Below, one piece after another: positions 18,346-33,378 of a stretch of 64,000 bases of DNA; the first letter of the stretch is position 1, and each line of letters starts with the position of its first letter. The translations under genes were made by a program, and so were the position numbers. The notes below the pieces were generated by a model. That model worked only from the letters and a program-made list of their open reading frames with translations, did no database searches and was not told where the DNA came from. Origin of the DNA: the human T2T-CHM13v2.0 reference genome, Homo sapiens; the NCBI RefSeq assembly GCF_009914755.1, contig NC_060936.1; one strand, 5' to 3'.

Positions 18346-20776
18346 AAAGTCTTGCATCCTTAATATTCCCTCTATTTTTCAGGTTTTTCTCTTCATTACT
18401 CGTAAATCTTTTCCTACTCTTGTTTCCACCCAATAGTCCTTACAGGACAACACTCCACCACCCTGTGCCAATGATTTATTTTTCTCTGATTTATTAATAG
18501 TAACAAGCAAACCCTTATATAGCTCTCCTTATATGACAGGCAGTGTTATAAGTATTTCATGTATGTTCATTCATTTAGTCCTCAGAACAAGATCATTGAT
18601 TCTCATTATCCCCATTTCAAGGAAACCCAGATAGAAGTTCAGTGACATGCCCAAGGTCAAGGCTCAATTCCAGATAGTCAAGCACCAGAATCTGTTCTAT
18701 TAACCACTGTGACATACAACCAGTTTGGGGGAATCTCTGCTCTCTCAGCTTCAGCTTCCACTGCTCCCAAATAGTCCCCTTTCTCCTCTCCCCAAATATA
18801 ATCCCAACACTGAGTTCAGAATTCCTAAAACAGAAGTCAGGAGAGGATTTTAGATTAGCTTCCAGTACTGCTTAGGCTAGGGAACACAAACGTCTGGCCG
18901 TGCTCTTGGCATGAGTGAGGAAAAATACAAGGAGAAAAAGATACAGATTATTATTTCAATAAATTATCCCACTTCATGGATGAGGTGAGAATATCATGGA
19001 AAGGAGGTGGCACTGTGACCGATTCTGGCCCGGGTCCCCAAGCCTCTGAGTCTGTTAGCTTGCTTCCATGTCCAATTCTATATCACACATAATCATTCCT
19101 GCTCTTGTAGCTAGGGTAATCTGCTTGAAAAACAATTTTATCCCATGAACTCTCTGTTCAGAAATATTCAGAAAGATGTTATCTGTTCTGGAATTAGATC
19201 ATGGTGATGGTTACATAACTTTGTGAATATACTAAAAACCACTGAATTTTACACTTTAAAAGGATGGGTTTGATGGTGTGAATTAAAGCCTAATTTTGAA
19301 AAAGAGGAAAGGTATTTTATCATCTCCCCCTTTGGAGTTAAATTCTGGATCTTCAAGATCCACAATATGATCCTTCATTATCTCTCCAGTCTAATTTCAT
19401 CTCCCACTATTCAGCTGTCCTTTCCACTCTCCACACCCAGTCCTCCTCCACATCTCTGGTCATGTCGTTTCTCTTAACTAAAATCCTTTTCTCCTCCGCT
19501 CATCTCTATCTCATACTTTCCTCAAGATCAGTTCGAGCCCTACTTTTCTGAAAACTAGTCTTTGTTAATTTCTTCGGACTCTAAACACTGTTTGCTTTTA
19601 TAGTATTCCAGCTTTGGCATAAATTTTAGTATAACGACAGTTCCTTGAATGAAGAGACCCTTCTTTTTCATCTCTATAACTCAGCATCCTGCACAGTGCC
19701 TGGTACTGAGTATACACTTTGAAAAGTGAATGTATAAACTGCATTTTTACTAATTTCTAAATGGTTCATATGTGCTTGTCTTGTTTCTTCAACTTGACTG
19801 TAAGGTGCTGCAGAAAGGGTCTACATCTCTATTTGAGATTTAGCACAAGTTCAGAACAGGACATATGGTTGACCCCTGAGTGAGTTAGACCCTTCAGCTG
19901 CTTAATTACCTGATGTCTTGGCAGACAGAGTTGTGCCTTTGACATTTTATTGGTGGTGCACTGAAAAGGGAGGACACTGAACTGGCGGAGAGAGTCCCCA
20001 GGATGCCTGGCTGAATGGTGGTTGCTCCACCCTTAACCACAAATGGTTCATTGTCCACCACTTTTGGCATTTGTAACAGTATTTGGAAAGAGATGTAGCA
20101 ATTTCCCCCCCAGGGCTTATTTTTAAAGTCAGTGGCTGAGAGTGCTTGTCGGAAGTGGGGTCAGACAGAGCTGAGGGCTCTGAGCTGCCTGGTGGATGGG
20201 ATGGGTGCTGCCCAAGAAGAGATATAGTGGTTGGTCCTTAATTTTGGACCTCTACTGCCCTGGGAGAAAAGTCCAGGCCAAAGGAAAGGGATGACTTACC
20301 CAAAACAGATCACAGCTTCCATGGAGATACAACTACACTGTCAGCCAGTGTTTTGCCAACCCTAAAGTTTTAAGACTAGGGCTGGGTCAGCCCGAGGGCT
20401 AGTGGGCTTCTACTCACTCAATGGGAAATGTAAGTTTTATTGAGGGCGCTATGTGCCTGGTAGTAGTACTCTGCTAGGCACTAGAGATTAAAGTGTAGAC
20501 ATGGCAGTTTCTGCCCTTGAAAAGATTATAGACAAATAGGGAAAGCCAGACAAATGAAAAGATAAATATATTAGTGTGGTAAGTGCAACAATGGTGGTAG
20601 AGGGATAAAGGCTCTTTAATTCCTTAAAGAAGTGGCATCCAAATTGAGGCCTGGTGGTGAATTGAAGGTAACCAGATCAAGGAGGGAGATATTTCAGAGA
20701 GTAGATTATGCAGTACTCAAGAAATGAAAGAAAATGTCATCTACACAGATCTGGAGGTAGTTCAGTTGTGTAAAGC

Positions 20777-20965
20777 AGGGGATCATCATATAATAGCCCA
20801 TGAGCCAAATCCAGCAAGCCATCTGTTTTTGTGATTAAAGTTTTATTTAAACACAATCCCACTCAGCCATTTGCATATTATCTATGGCTGCTGTTGCACT
20901 ACAGCCACAGAACTGAGTAGTTGCAATGGACAACACATGGTCCTCAAATCCTAAAATAGTTACTA
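20777..20965. mobile_element. MER58A-like hAT element
   Basis: cagggg...gcccatgagccaaatccagc...taaagttttatt. Confidence 0.7.
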
Positions 20966-21469
20966 TGCTGGTCTAGAGAATATTGCTTGGGGGAAGGAGT
21001 TGGAGAGGTAATCAGGAGACAGACCAAAGAGTTCACTCTTTATTTTAAAAGCAACATAGGAGCAACTGACATGTTTGAAGCAGGAACACAGCATGATAAT
21101 ATTTGAATTTTAGATAATTATGGTGAGATTAAGAAAGAAGAAGAGGCAAAACTGGAGTTGGAGAAACCAGTTTGAAAGATGGCATATAGGCAAGAAATAA
21201 TGGCACCAATTATTTCTTCAATTATGAAGGCACCAATGGGATGGAAATAAATGAACAGATTTGAAAGATGAGGATTTGGTGATCAGCTGTGGGACTGTGT
21301 GAGAGGGATGGTACTTCAGGCAAACTTTCCATTTGGAATTTTTCTAAGATGAGAAAGAAGCAGTAGTGACCCAATAGCTCAATGATACTATTAGACTTCT
21401 CTCATTTACATGAATGTTTCAGTCTTTCTTGTCTCACAATATTGTTTTTCCCCAGTCTACTTAGACTCA

Positions 21470-23000
21470 ATATTACCACTTCAGTGGAATGTAGAAACCT
21501 TGTCACCATATAGGTTTCCATTTATGTTCTAGGTGTTCTTTGCATAAATATCTTGAAAATCTCATTAGATAATGTTATAATTTTTGCTTTCAATAATCAA
21601 ACATACTTTAAAGAACCCAAGAGGAAAATATTGTATTTACTCAGGCATTTACCGTTTCTATTCCTTTTCCTTCATTCCTCATGTTCCAATTTTTATCCTG
21701 AAAGTCATTTTCCTTTTGTCTGAAGAAATTCCTCTAGCAATACTTCCTTTAGCAGGTTCGCTGGCAACAAATTCTCTTAGTTTTTCTTTCTTGGAGAATG
21801 TCTTTATTTCCCCTTCATTCCTGAAGAATTTTTGTACTGGATATAGAATTCTAGATTGACAGTCTTTTAGCGCTTTAAAATTGTTCCACCTCCTTCTGGC
21901 TTCCACAAGTTTAGATGAGAAATCTGCAGTCGTTCAAATTGGTGTTTCCTTATGAGTAATGCATTGGGTTTCTCTGGCTGCTTTCAAGATTATTTTCTTT
22001 GTCTTTAGTTTTCAGTATTTTGATTATTCACTAAATTTGGAGAAATTTCAGCCAATATTTCTTCAAATATATGTTTTCTCATCACTACATCTTTTCTCTT
22101 CTTTTGGGACTCCAATGTCATGAATTTAGAACTTTTTGTTTTTCCCATTCAGCCCATGAGGCTCAGATCATTTTTTCATTTTTTTTCCTCTGTGTATTCA
22201 ACGTGGAAATTTTTTATTGATCTATTTCCAAGTTCACTGGCCATTGACTCTTCTCTTTGTCATCTTGATTGTGTTTCTGTTCCTATCCAGTGAGTGTTTT
22301 TTTTAATTTTGGAGATTATATTTTTTATCTCTAAAATTTCCATTTGGTTCTTCTTTAGATCTATTTCTTTGCTAAGAATTTCTATTGTTTTACACATTTC
22401 AAATGAATTTTAAAAGGGCTTTTATAATGGCTGTTTTAAAGTCTTTGTATTATAATCCCAACATCTGCCATCTCAGAATTACTGTCTATTGATTGTTTTT
22501 TCAGAGTTGAGATTTTTTCTGATTCTTTGTAAGGCAAGTAATTTTAGTTTGTATTCAGGTCATTTTTACTATTGTTATGAGACTCTAGGTTTTCAGTCCT
22601 ATGGAGAATGTTGATATTTTTCTCTAGCAGACAATCAACCAGTCTGTTTCAGGCCACACATTCAGACCGACCTCTTGTGGGTTATGGTTTCAATGTCATT
22701 CCCATTTTCAAAGACTTTGCAGTGTTATCTGAATTTGTCTTGCATGTGTGTCACTCAGTAGACAGTCTAAAACCTGGGTGTAGTCTAAGCTCTCAAAAGC
22801 TTTGGTATGAAGTTTAGAATTAGATTCATGCTGGCACATCTCTAGTGTAAGCCCAGGAGTTCATAAACAACTCTATGGGTTGGCTTTCAAACTCTCCCTT
22901 TCTATAATTTTCCTTGTATTTACCTTGTGTCTCCCATTTTCAGCTTTCTAGACAGAAATCCAGGGCTTTAGTTTCCCACACTCAGTTGTGTTCATCCTGT
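21470..23000 (-). mobile_element. Ancient L1M ORF1/5' region
   Basis: Minus-strand peptide MEARRRWNNFKALK..RILYP..NEGEIKTF resembles L1 ORF1. Confidence 0.75.
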
Positions 23001-24306
23001 AACTCCTGCTTTTTGGTTTTGTTTGTGTTTTGTTTTGTTTCCTCAGCCTGGGAAAGCATCTTCCTCTACTCTTTATCTGGCTAATTGCTACCGATTTTTC
23101 AGGTCTTAGTTTAAATATAATTTCCTCCTAAAAGCTTTGTCTTATTTGCATATCCATTATATTCCCCTTGTTATTTTCTCACAGGACCCATAATAATCTA
23201 TAATTTCATATATAGTTGTTCATTGATTTTAATGTCTCTTCTGCTCGACAGAGGATGAGATTATCTGTCTTATTCAGTATTATGCAATGTTTCCAGTATC
23301 TAAAACAATGCATGGTACACAAAAGATGCTCAATAAATATTCATTTAATGCATAATTATATTCTTCCTTTCGTCCATGCATCCAACTTTCCATGCTCTGC
23401 CTCATCCCCCAAAAAATATGAAGATTGTCACATTCAAATATGAACCTACTCTCAACGATCAAAGTAAACTATATCGTTTTGTAACTTGATAATTTGTAAA
23501 GCATTCTTATTTTTTTCTTGTGTGGCTTTATGAATTAGAGAGAGGAAAATGTATTAATCATACTTTATGGGCAAATTAACTGAGATTCAAAGAGATAAAA
23601 TAATTTGTCCTAGTCACAGCTAGTAATGAAAGTGATGGGTAGGGCTTAAATGACAGGTTAGTTGGTTACAAAATTTTAAATTGGCAGTTATTTTCTCTTA
23701 ATGCTTATTATTTTCTGGTGCTTATTGTTGCTGTTGAAAATTTGTAGTCTTTAAAATTGTCATGCAAATCTCTCTTTATTTGATTCTTAAAAATTTTTTT
23801 AGAGACTTTTAAGATTTACCTTTGTTTTAGGTGTTCTGCAATTTTACCACAAAGGGTCTAGCTGTAGATTTATTTTTCTTTTTCTGCTTAGATGTCAACC
23901 TGCTTCCTGAATCTGAAGATTCATGTCCATCAATGTTGGGAAAGTTTTAGTCATGTTTTGTTACTGTCTTCTACCTGTTTCTGTCTACACCCCTAATAAA
24001 ATTGGATGCTTACCTCACAATATTCAAAAGTGAATCTCAAATGGATTAAAGGCCCAAATAAGAAAAAGCAAAGTGTTAAAACTCACAGGAGAAAATATAT
24101 GAGTATTTAGCTACGATACTAGGGGTAAGAAACAGTATCTCAAGTGAGATATAAGAAGTTTAAACCATAAAGGAAAAGATTGATATGTCACATCAAAATT
24201 TAAGACCTCTGCGAAAATAAAACATAATAAAAAGTAAAACAACAAACCACAGCCTGGGAAAAGAAAAGAGGTTTTCAAGAATACCTAATAAAAGTTTAAT
24301 ATTTGG

Positions 24307-24694
<388 letters not shown>

Positions 24695-24697
24695 TCA

Positions 24698-25030
<333 letters not shown>

Positions 25031-25709
25031 AAAGCGAAATCCAAATGACCAACAAATGTGCCATGCTGCTCAACATCGCCACTAACCAGGGAAATGCAAA
25101 ATAAAACAGTAACGAGATACTATTTTATACTTATCAGAATGGTAAGAATTAAAATTTCCAAAAATTTCTGCCCAGTCTATATGAAGAAAAAGGAGTGTTC
25201 ACACATGCCATTAGAAGGAAAATTTGGTACAACTATGGAGTTAAATTTGGAATTTCTTAAATTTTAAGATGTCGATAATCCAGAAACTCTTTTCAGAGAT
25301 ATAAACCATGGAAAAACTGTAACATATGTACACAATGATACATGTACAAGAATGTAGTTGCTGTGGCACAGTATGAAGTGACACAAAAGTGAAAGCAACC
25401 TCACTGTCAATAAATAGGAGAATGAGTAAATACATAAATTGGACTATAGGCATATAATTCAGTCTTCAAATATACTACAGCCAAAATTAGTAAAGTAGCT
25501 ATATGTATATTAGCGTGATTAAATCCCAAAAGCATGATATTGGATTCTTAAAAATGCAAATGTTGAATGATCTGTAGAAGATAAAGCTTTCAGTACAATA
25601 CTGTATACATCTTATGGCTACACTCTGTGGATATGCATTAAAACTATAAATTAACCTGTAAGAATGAATAACAACAAAGTCAAGATAGCGGTTACTGCCA
25701 AGGAGAGAC

Positions 25710-26220
25710 TATGACACATTGAAGACAAAAATATTCCCAGTTCTTCTCCTCATCCTGTGTTCATGCTCTTTTCAATGTGACTTTTTAGCACTTCTCATCA
25801 AAATAAGGAGTCTATTACCCCACCTCTTGAGTCTGGGATGGCTGTGTGACCAGATTTAATCGACGACAGAATGTAGTGGAAGTGATGGTGTGTCAATCCT
25901 CTTTTCCAGCTCTACTACCACTATGTAAACACGTCTGGGCTAGCCTCACGGAGGATGGCTCACAGTGAAGAAAAGTCCAGCTGTGCCAGCAGAGGTCATT
26001 TATACCAGCCTACAGCCAGCCAACCCCCAAACATGTGACAACGCCTAGCCCAGATAATCAGAGTGGCCTACTCGACCCACCACTGACCAAAGACTCAAAA
26101 ATGAGCCCAGGCGAGACCAGAACTGCTGAGGTGACCACCCGTAGAATCATAAAGAATAAATGCTTATTGTTTCAGCCACTAAGTTTTGGAGTGGTTTGTT
26201 CCTCAGAAGTAGCTGATACA
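25710..26220 (+). mobile_element. MLT1G/H-like MaLR LTR
   Basis: ggagtctattaccccacctcttgagtctggg...gccactaagttttggagtggtttgtt. Confidence 0.65.
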
Positions 26221-27329
26221 AGGAGAGGCTAAAGCTACAGGAGCAAAAGAGAACCTGCATCTGTGATCTTTTATGTGATAAAAAAGACAGCCCTAAAGCA
26301 AAGGTGGCAAAATTTTAAGCTTGAACAAAAACAAGTAGTAGGTACATGGTTATTTGTTATAATTTCTCTAACTTCTTTTTATCTTTGAAGTATTTCACGA
26401 TAAAAGGAAATTCAGATAGCAGAGTCAATGTGCTACACTAGCCAAGACAGCCAAGATGATTTTTAAAAAGAAAAAGTATTTATCCTAGTGCCCCTCCCCC
26501 ATCCCCATCACCACACACATAAAGTAGACTAAGTAGATTAGTGATTTCTGAGTTCTGATCCTCTTCTCTCATCCCAGGACATCTCCTCTACACCTTCCTA
26601 GCATCTAATCCTCTTGCCTCAGTTGCTCATCTGCAAGACAGCAAACACATGATCAGCTTGCTGACAAGAGAGTCCTAAGAGTTGAACCAGGAAAGCATTA
26701 CAGGGGCAAGTTGTTCATTCAGCTGCTATGTGGGTAGGAGACTTTAAATTCCATAAGTACTTCATACTATTGTTATTTCTAAAATCTAGATTCACTTCAT
26801 ATAAAAAATATGATAGTCCTTCCTGCTCTACTCAAATACAGGGTTAGTCACCTACCCTGTGACTTCCTCCTGACATTCAGATCCTTTGTATCTGAAGTTG
26901 TTGCCATTGCTGGCACAGGTGGCATTCTTCCCATCTGCCAGGAGGATTTGTGCTTCACCTGTTGAGAATAATGAGGGTTCAGAGGATACTCACTCAGTGC
27001 CAGAGAAAGGCAGGGATAAGCAGTCTGCTTTCAAGAGGCTCAACATCTCTCTTGGCCCAACGTATGCTAATGTTTCTATTTTGACTTCCATAGCACTCTG
27101 TGTATGCTTTTTTCTGCACTGACTGTATACCTCTAGTATATGCTAGCTGGTACTGTGGTTACTGTGTGTTTTCCTACCAACTCAATTGGGCTGTAAGCTT
27201 CTTGAGGACACGGTGTCTTAAGTGACTTAGCATCCCTTCTATCTAGTGAAAGGAAGAAAGGGAAGAAGGAGAAAGGTCAGACAGGAAGAAAGGAAGGAGG
27301 AGACAGGAAGGAATGAAGGAAGGAAGGAT

Positions 27330-27570
27330 AATAGCAGCAAATATTTATAGGATGACTATATGCCAGGTAATGTGCCCTTCTTATGCAATCCTTCCAACCA
27401 CTCAATGAGGTAGATACTATTATTAATTTTCCCTAGCTTACAGATGAGGAAACATGCTTAACGGGATTAGGTAATATGCCCGATGTAACAAGCCACAGCA
27501 AATAAACTGAGGAGTCAGCATTTGAATCAGGCTTAACTTTAGAGACTATGTTCCTGATCTCTGATGTTAT
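27330..27570. mobile_element. MIR SINE
   Basis: ttacagatgaggaaac core. Similar MIRs lie at about 18495-18710, 46020-46240 and 48250-48510. Confidence 0.65.
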
Positions 27571-27878
27571 ATTGTTGCTCAGAGTAGAGACTTTTGAGCA
27601 CAGATGAGCTGATACCAGGAAATGAGAATTTATTATAAAGAAAGAAAAGGAGAGAAGGCTAGGGAGAAAGGAGGAGACATGCATCAGTACATTCTCCTCC
27701 TGCAGATGTCACACCTAACGTATGACAGATGACAGTACAGTTTCTGCTTAATTCCTGAACATGTCAAGAAAGGATCTGTTTGCTTCTTTGGTAACGTGTT
27801 CCAGGTTTCATTCTCTATGCACCAAAAATATCTACGAATAGCTCTTGCACCCTCTTGCCGGTGAGAGAAGACACATAC

Positions 27879-28626
27879 AGTCGACTCTCACAGTTCACAG
27901 TAGTTATGTTCGATAAAGATGCTGTGAACCCTGAATTAGTGAATACTAAATCATTGCTCCCAAGGGAGACAGAGAGTTAAATTCCTGCAAGGCTCTGACC
28001 ACAACAGTCTCATCAGCCCATCAAGATATAATCTTGTTTTATGTGTGCTACTGTTGAAAGACACCTTATTTAATACCCATCACTGATTCATTATCATTGA
28101 ACTTTTGACCAACAGCACTACATTGCCTACCTGGACAGAGCTTATCTAGACATGCGTTGTCTTCATCAGGGACATCACAACCTTCTTGCACTTGGGAACA
28201 CCAGATAGCACTTGAGCACTACACTTGGACCATTTTGAACAACAAAATCACCACAAAGCAATGGAAAAAAAAACATGGTGCTAAACAGACCCATGAAAGG
28301 GACATTTATTTGCACTATGAAAGCTAAAATAAGGCAGCAGAGCATCACCTTGCTCCATCTGAGCTGGGAACATATGTGTTGGGCGACTCAAACATTTTGG
28401 TGCTCTGAACATGTCCACAGATAACCTGAAAGTGCTGCCAAAGGCCCTGCTTTTTATTCTATTGGCCAGTTACAACATCTACGTGACTTTGGGGTGATGA
28501 ATCTATTGTCTTTGTAAATGACTGTATGCTTTTGTAAATGTCTTTAACAATTTCGGAGTTACAAATAAATTTTAGTGAATAGGTGATTGCATAAATATGG
28601 TATCTTCAACTAATGAGGATTGACTG
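27879..28626. mobile_element. MER82 (Tigger family) with an internal foreign insert
   Basis: TA-flanked inverted ends cagtcgactctca...tgaggattgactg; body matches MER82 as recalled. Confidence 0.8.
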
Positions 28627-30331
28627 TATATAGTATGAAGTTCAGCCAGCCTTAGATTTGGATATATGAGAAAGCCTCATATGTCTTCGATTTGGACATA
28701 TCCAGAACCATTTTCCTGTAGGAAAACAGGAAATGAACCGCAAGAGAGAACTGAAGTATATGGTAATTTTATCTGTGTATATTTAAATAGGACATTATAA
28801 GCACATATTGGTCCTGCAGGCACCTCAGGAGGTTACTCCTCCTTTCCCCTGCTTTAGCTGAAATTTTATTTTAGTTATTAGAGATCATCAGCATCACAGA
28901 TTACAGAAAAGCCCGCCAAGTCTTCTGTCTTTACAAGTCCCATTGCCTTTGTATAACCTTCTAGGGGCTGAATCTTGCTTGCACTATGCCTTTGTGTATA
29001 GAAGAAACTCAGTAAACACTGGCTGTTTATTGAACGAGATTCTCAGGGTCAATCTGCTATTTATGTTTTCTTGATCTCTGCCGTCCCTTTGTAACATATT
29101 CTCATGTAAATATTTCTGCCCAAGGTTGTGGTTCCCAGCTTGGGGTTCCTGGAATTAGTGATCCTTTAAGATATTGAGCTATAAAGAATCTCTCAAAAAA
29201 TACATTTCACTTGGATGATGTCCCACAGGTTAAGTCAAACACCAAGGCTTTGTTTTTGCAAGTTTGCCTGGAATTACACAATGATAATTCTATGCATTTT
29301 ATGTGGTAATACTAGGCATGAGAATGCACAGTGATAATTGTAGGTGATAATACTATGTACCATTTGCTAATCAGAAGCTTCTCTCCAGACATACCTGTCT
29401 TTGATTTAGTAAAAAAGATTGCTCAAATAATTCCAATTGTTTATGTTCTCAAAACATTTCGGGCAAAGATGTGATGGATAATGAAAGATTCTTGAACAAA
29501 GGATAGAAAATCACTGATTTAAAAGGTCCTGAAAACATGGTACTTTTTCCAAATAGGTGTTGTATTCTTTTTGCTTCACATTTATGATTTTTATACTTCT
29601 ATTACTCCTACTGAGCAAATCAGTCCCACTTCATATAAATGGAAAAACTTAAGTCACAGAAAAGCAGCCATTTTCACCTAGAAACTGAAAAATAGAAAAT
29701 AAAAAGAAACTGAAAAATAGGCCTGAGGCTCGTCTCTAACTTTAGTGGGTTCTTTCTACAGTTCTGTGAATTCTCCCTTAGAGCCTCTAGAAAAGAAATG
29801 TTTCTGTGATTTCATCTTTCTTTTGTGAAACATGTTTTCTTCTTGTGAGAATTAGCCAGGATCCAACTGAAGTAACACAAATGATGGTGTGTACTGTGCC
29901 AATAAGAGATCTGCCAACTCCCAGGCAAGCTCAGTTTCTTCCCGCTGAAATTCTTTTTCATGCATTTCTTCCATTCTGGTCACACTGTCATGCTGAGAAA
30001 CAGCTGGTGCCACACTTCTAGATCAATGGCTTTGCTTGTGTGGTGCTTCGAGAGCAGAAATGGGGGAAGGGGGGGAAAGAGCAGCACAGAATGGAGACCT
30101 CAGGTTCAGTGCCTCTGCCTGATTTCCAAAGCACACTCTTAAGGCCTTGAGGGCCATTTAGGAATATGTAACTGTTTATACAAATAGAAAACTTCTAACT
30201 CACAATCCTCACCAATGTCAATGTTTGTGCTAATCTCCCCATCCTCAAAGACTCTCGTGGTCAGCTCCTCTCAACTTACTGGCCATTTACCACTGCCTCC
30301 ATTCTGCTTCTGCTCCTATCTGCGCCTTACT

Positions 30332-30600
30332 CAGTTGTCCCTTGGTATCTGCAGGAGACTGGTTCCAGACCCCCTGCCAATATCAATATCCCTGGATGCT
30401 CCAGTCTCATATAAAGTGGTGTAGTAATTGCATACAACCTACACACAGCCTCCCATATACTTAATCCGTCTATACATTACTTATACCAAATACAATGTAA
30501 ATGCCATGTAAACAGATGTTATATTGTATTTTTAAAATTTTTATTGTATTTTTTTTCAGAATATTTTCCATCCACAGTTGGTTGAACAGAGTGCCATCTG
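30332..30600. mobile_element. MER2 (Tigger family)
   Basis: cagttgtcccttggtatctgcaggagactggttccagacccc...ccacagttggttgaa. Confidence 0.8.
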
Positions 30601-32595
30601 TACCTAGAATGCTGTCTCAGCCCAAGGTACCTTCTTCACATCATTCATGAAGTGCTTTAAACCACTCCCCCTCAAGAAGCCCTTTAGAACACTCAGAAAA
30701 AGATCCTCATCTCATAATTCTTGGTCCAAATACAAAACTCCAGACTCCTCAATTACTGCATCACTAAAATTCCCACCATTTCAGTGCATATAATTAGCTT
30801 TTTAAGTTATATATTTATTATTAGCTTGGTGTTTGTGTGTTTCCATCAGTGGTAACACCATAAACATGATTCTTCCAATTTTACTACTTCTGTAACACAG
30901 TTGCATGTGGAAAACGGACATTCGATAAATTTATCCTGACTTCACATGCCAAATAGTACCTTTACACAGCCCTCAGTTAAAGCCACCAGTTTATAAGTAA
31001 CTTAGTGGAATAGCCTAGAGGTGACAAAGGAAGAGTTGGGCAGCAGCATTCAACAAACATCCGTGAATGAAACTTTGCTCCTCCATTCCGATATCTGGGC
31101 TGCCCTGATCTACCACTCTCCTGGTTTCTGCCTCTGTCTTCCCTGCTTTGCATTAGAATCAGTCTCAGTGATTAACAGTGGTGCCTGAAAGACAATTTCT
31201 CCAAGAGAACTGTATAGGCTCTAAGGGCAAAACACCTGCCTTCTTGGCAGAATCGCCAGGCTCCCTGACAAATAATTTGGAGAGTTTTAGTGTCTAATGG
31301 ACATACTGCTGGAGTGGGTGTTCTTAGGGTTGTCTTTAGTGTTGTTACCTGGACAAACCTTTCCCTCGAGTAGAAAATTAAGACACATTCTGTTATAGGA
31401 AAGCACTCTGCTTGCCAACAGTTTCTATAATAGTTATTACACTGAGGCATATTAATGAAGGGCGTTTTGTTTCTTGTCATCAAGACATGCCATCTTATGA
31501 CACCAAATGCCCTCCATTTCATTCTTGTGGCCAGTTACAATATCCACATAACTTGGAATTGATGAAACTATTGCTTTTCTAAACACCTGTGTGCTTTTGT
31601 AAATGCCTTTGTTTAATGGAGTTACTACTTATAGCATTTAAATATGTTATAGATGGGACAAATATATGATATGTAGCACCTGAGAAAGTAGTACCATAAG
31701 GAAAAACAATGGAAAAGGAGGGGAAACAGAGAAGCAGAAATGGGGATACATTTATCCGCAAAAAAATGCAAGAGGTAGAGGAATGGTTAAGCAAGCTGAG
31801 AACGCAGGGAGGACAGAAATGTAGAAATGATCTTCCTTGTGTGATTGTCACAATGTTGATGAGCACTAAAATACTGCCAGGTGCTGGTTTAGACTAACTT
31901 GACATCAAGCTTGCAAAAAAGAACACTATTTCCCAGTCCATGAAATGTTATTAATATGCAAGTGCAAGGGCACAGCGGGAGGATGAGAGAGAGGGAAAAA
32001 ATCCAAAACGTCTTCTGACTCTAACTTGTACATCCTTAGGAGTAGATTAAAAAGAGATTCTGAAACAGGAGAATTTAAAAGAACAAGCACATTTGTCTTA
32101 TACATTTGTGTTTCTATAAAAAGATTTTCACAGGAAATTTGTACTTGCAATGTATATTTCAGTGCTTTTACATTTTGTTTTGGCAAAGAAAGTAAAAGGA
32201 AAATTTTGTTTGTATGTTTAATTAAGGATTGCACCTGAGACGAGTCAAGCCTCTTGAAAAAGTCAAATGCCTCCATGTAAATATAATCAAGTTTCCTTTC
32301 CCAAGTGTCCATGTGTGATAAATAAAAAGTTTTAGATTACTAATATTCACAGGTAACACAGAGAAGAAAAAAAGAGAAATTCATAAAGAGACTTTAAGTG
32401 TTTAAGTTAGGGGTTGATCACCAGTTTGTGCAGTATATAAATTTTTGGAATGGTTTCACACACATGTATCTTGATTTGTGGATTGAGCTGCAAGTTCTCT
32501 TTCTGGGCATCTTTTGCTTGACAGATTCCCAGCATAGCACAAGTTCCTGGAGAGTTTAACAATCATCTTCTGCCAGCATGTCAATCTATAAGGGT
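30520..32595 (-). other. C12orf4: C12orf4 3' UTR (about 2 kb, end inferred)
   Basis: Repeat-poor AT-rich sequence after the stop. Minus-strand ATTAAA at 32217-32222 and 31612-31617; AATAAA at 30814-30819 and 30540-30545. Confidence 0.65.
30540..30545 (-). terminator. Candidate distal polyadenylation signal AATAAA
   Basis: TTTATT on plus, followed on minus by CA dinucleotides and G/U-rich sequence (ctgttt...ttgtatttggtat). Confidence 0.55.
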
Positions 32596-32724
<129 letters not shown>

Positions 32725-33310
32725 TCATCATTGATTTTAAAAATAATTTTAGAAGTATTTTAAAATATGGACCTAGTTCTACTAGGAATATGTGAGTGCA
32801 GTAGGTGAAAATTATCTTTCATGGCCGATGTAACTGCATGGCCATGGACAAGGGCTGGTTTTCCGGCTCCATCTTCTGAGAACTTATGTCATTTCTGTCA
32901 AATAATACGTTTGAGTAATAGAAAAACCTCTAGATAACACTAGTGTAATCAGTAATAAAAAACCACTAATTTTGCTAAGTTCTTCACAGAATACAGAATC
33001 ATTATCTGCTAATGTCCTTATTTAAGAACCCTTTATAATCTATATAATACAAATGTGGAGAAAAACAAAGGAATGATGAGTCAAGTTTTGTTCAGGGGTT
33101 AAGTAACAAATCCCTTGAGTGGTAGATGCTAATATCTTTGACAATACACTAAGTGCCTTTATCACATCCAAATACTTCTCTCCTTAAAAAACAGAAAGCG
33201 ATTAGCCTTTTGTGTTGTTTTTGGGATTTTAGGGCAGGATGCCTAGCTGTATCTGTGAGAAATCTAATAAAAGAGATTAAATTGGGGTGAGATCTATTCA
33301 GATAACATAC

Positions 33311-33378
33311 CTGTGGTACTAGAAATTGCACTGTCCTAGAAATTCCTCCATCCCATGAAGCCATTTCCATCATGAAAC
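33311..33378 (-). CDS. C12orf4: C12orf4 coding exon, 68 nt: GFMMEMASWDGGISRTVQFLVPQ
   Basis: ttttag|GT acceptor, CAG|gtatgt donor. Confidence 0.95.
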
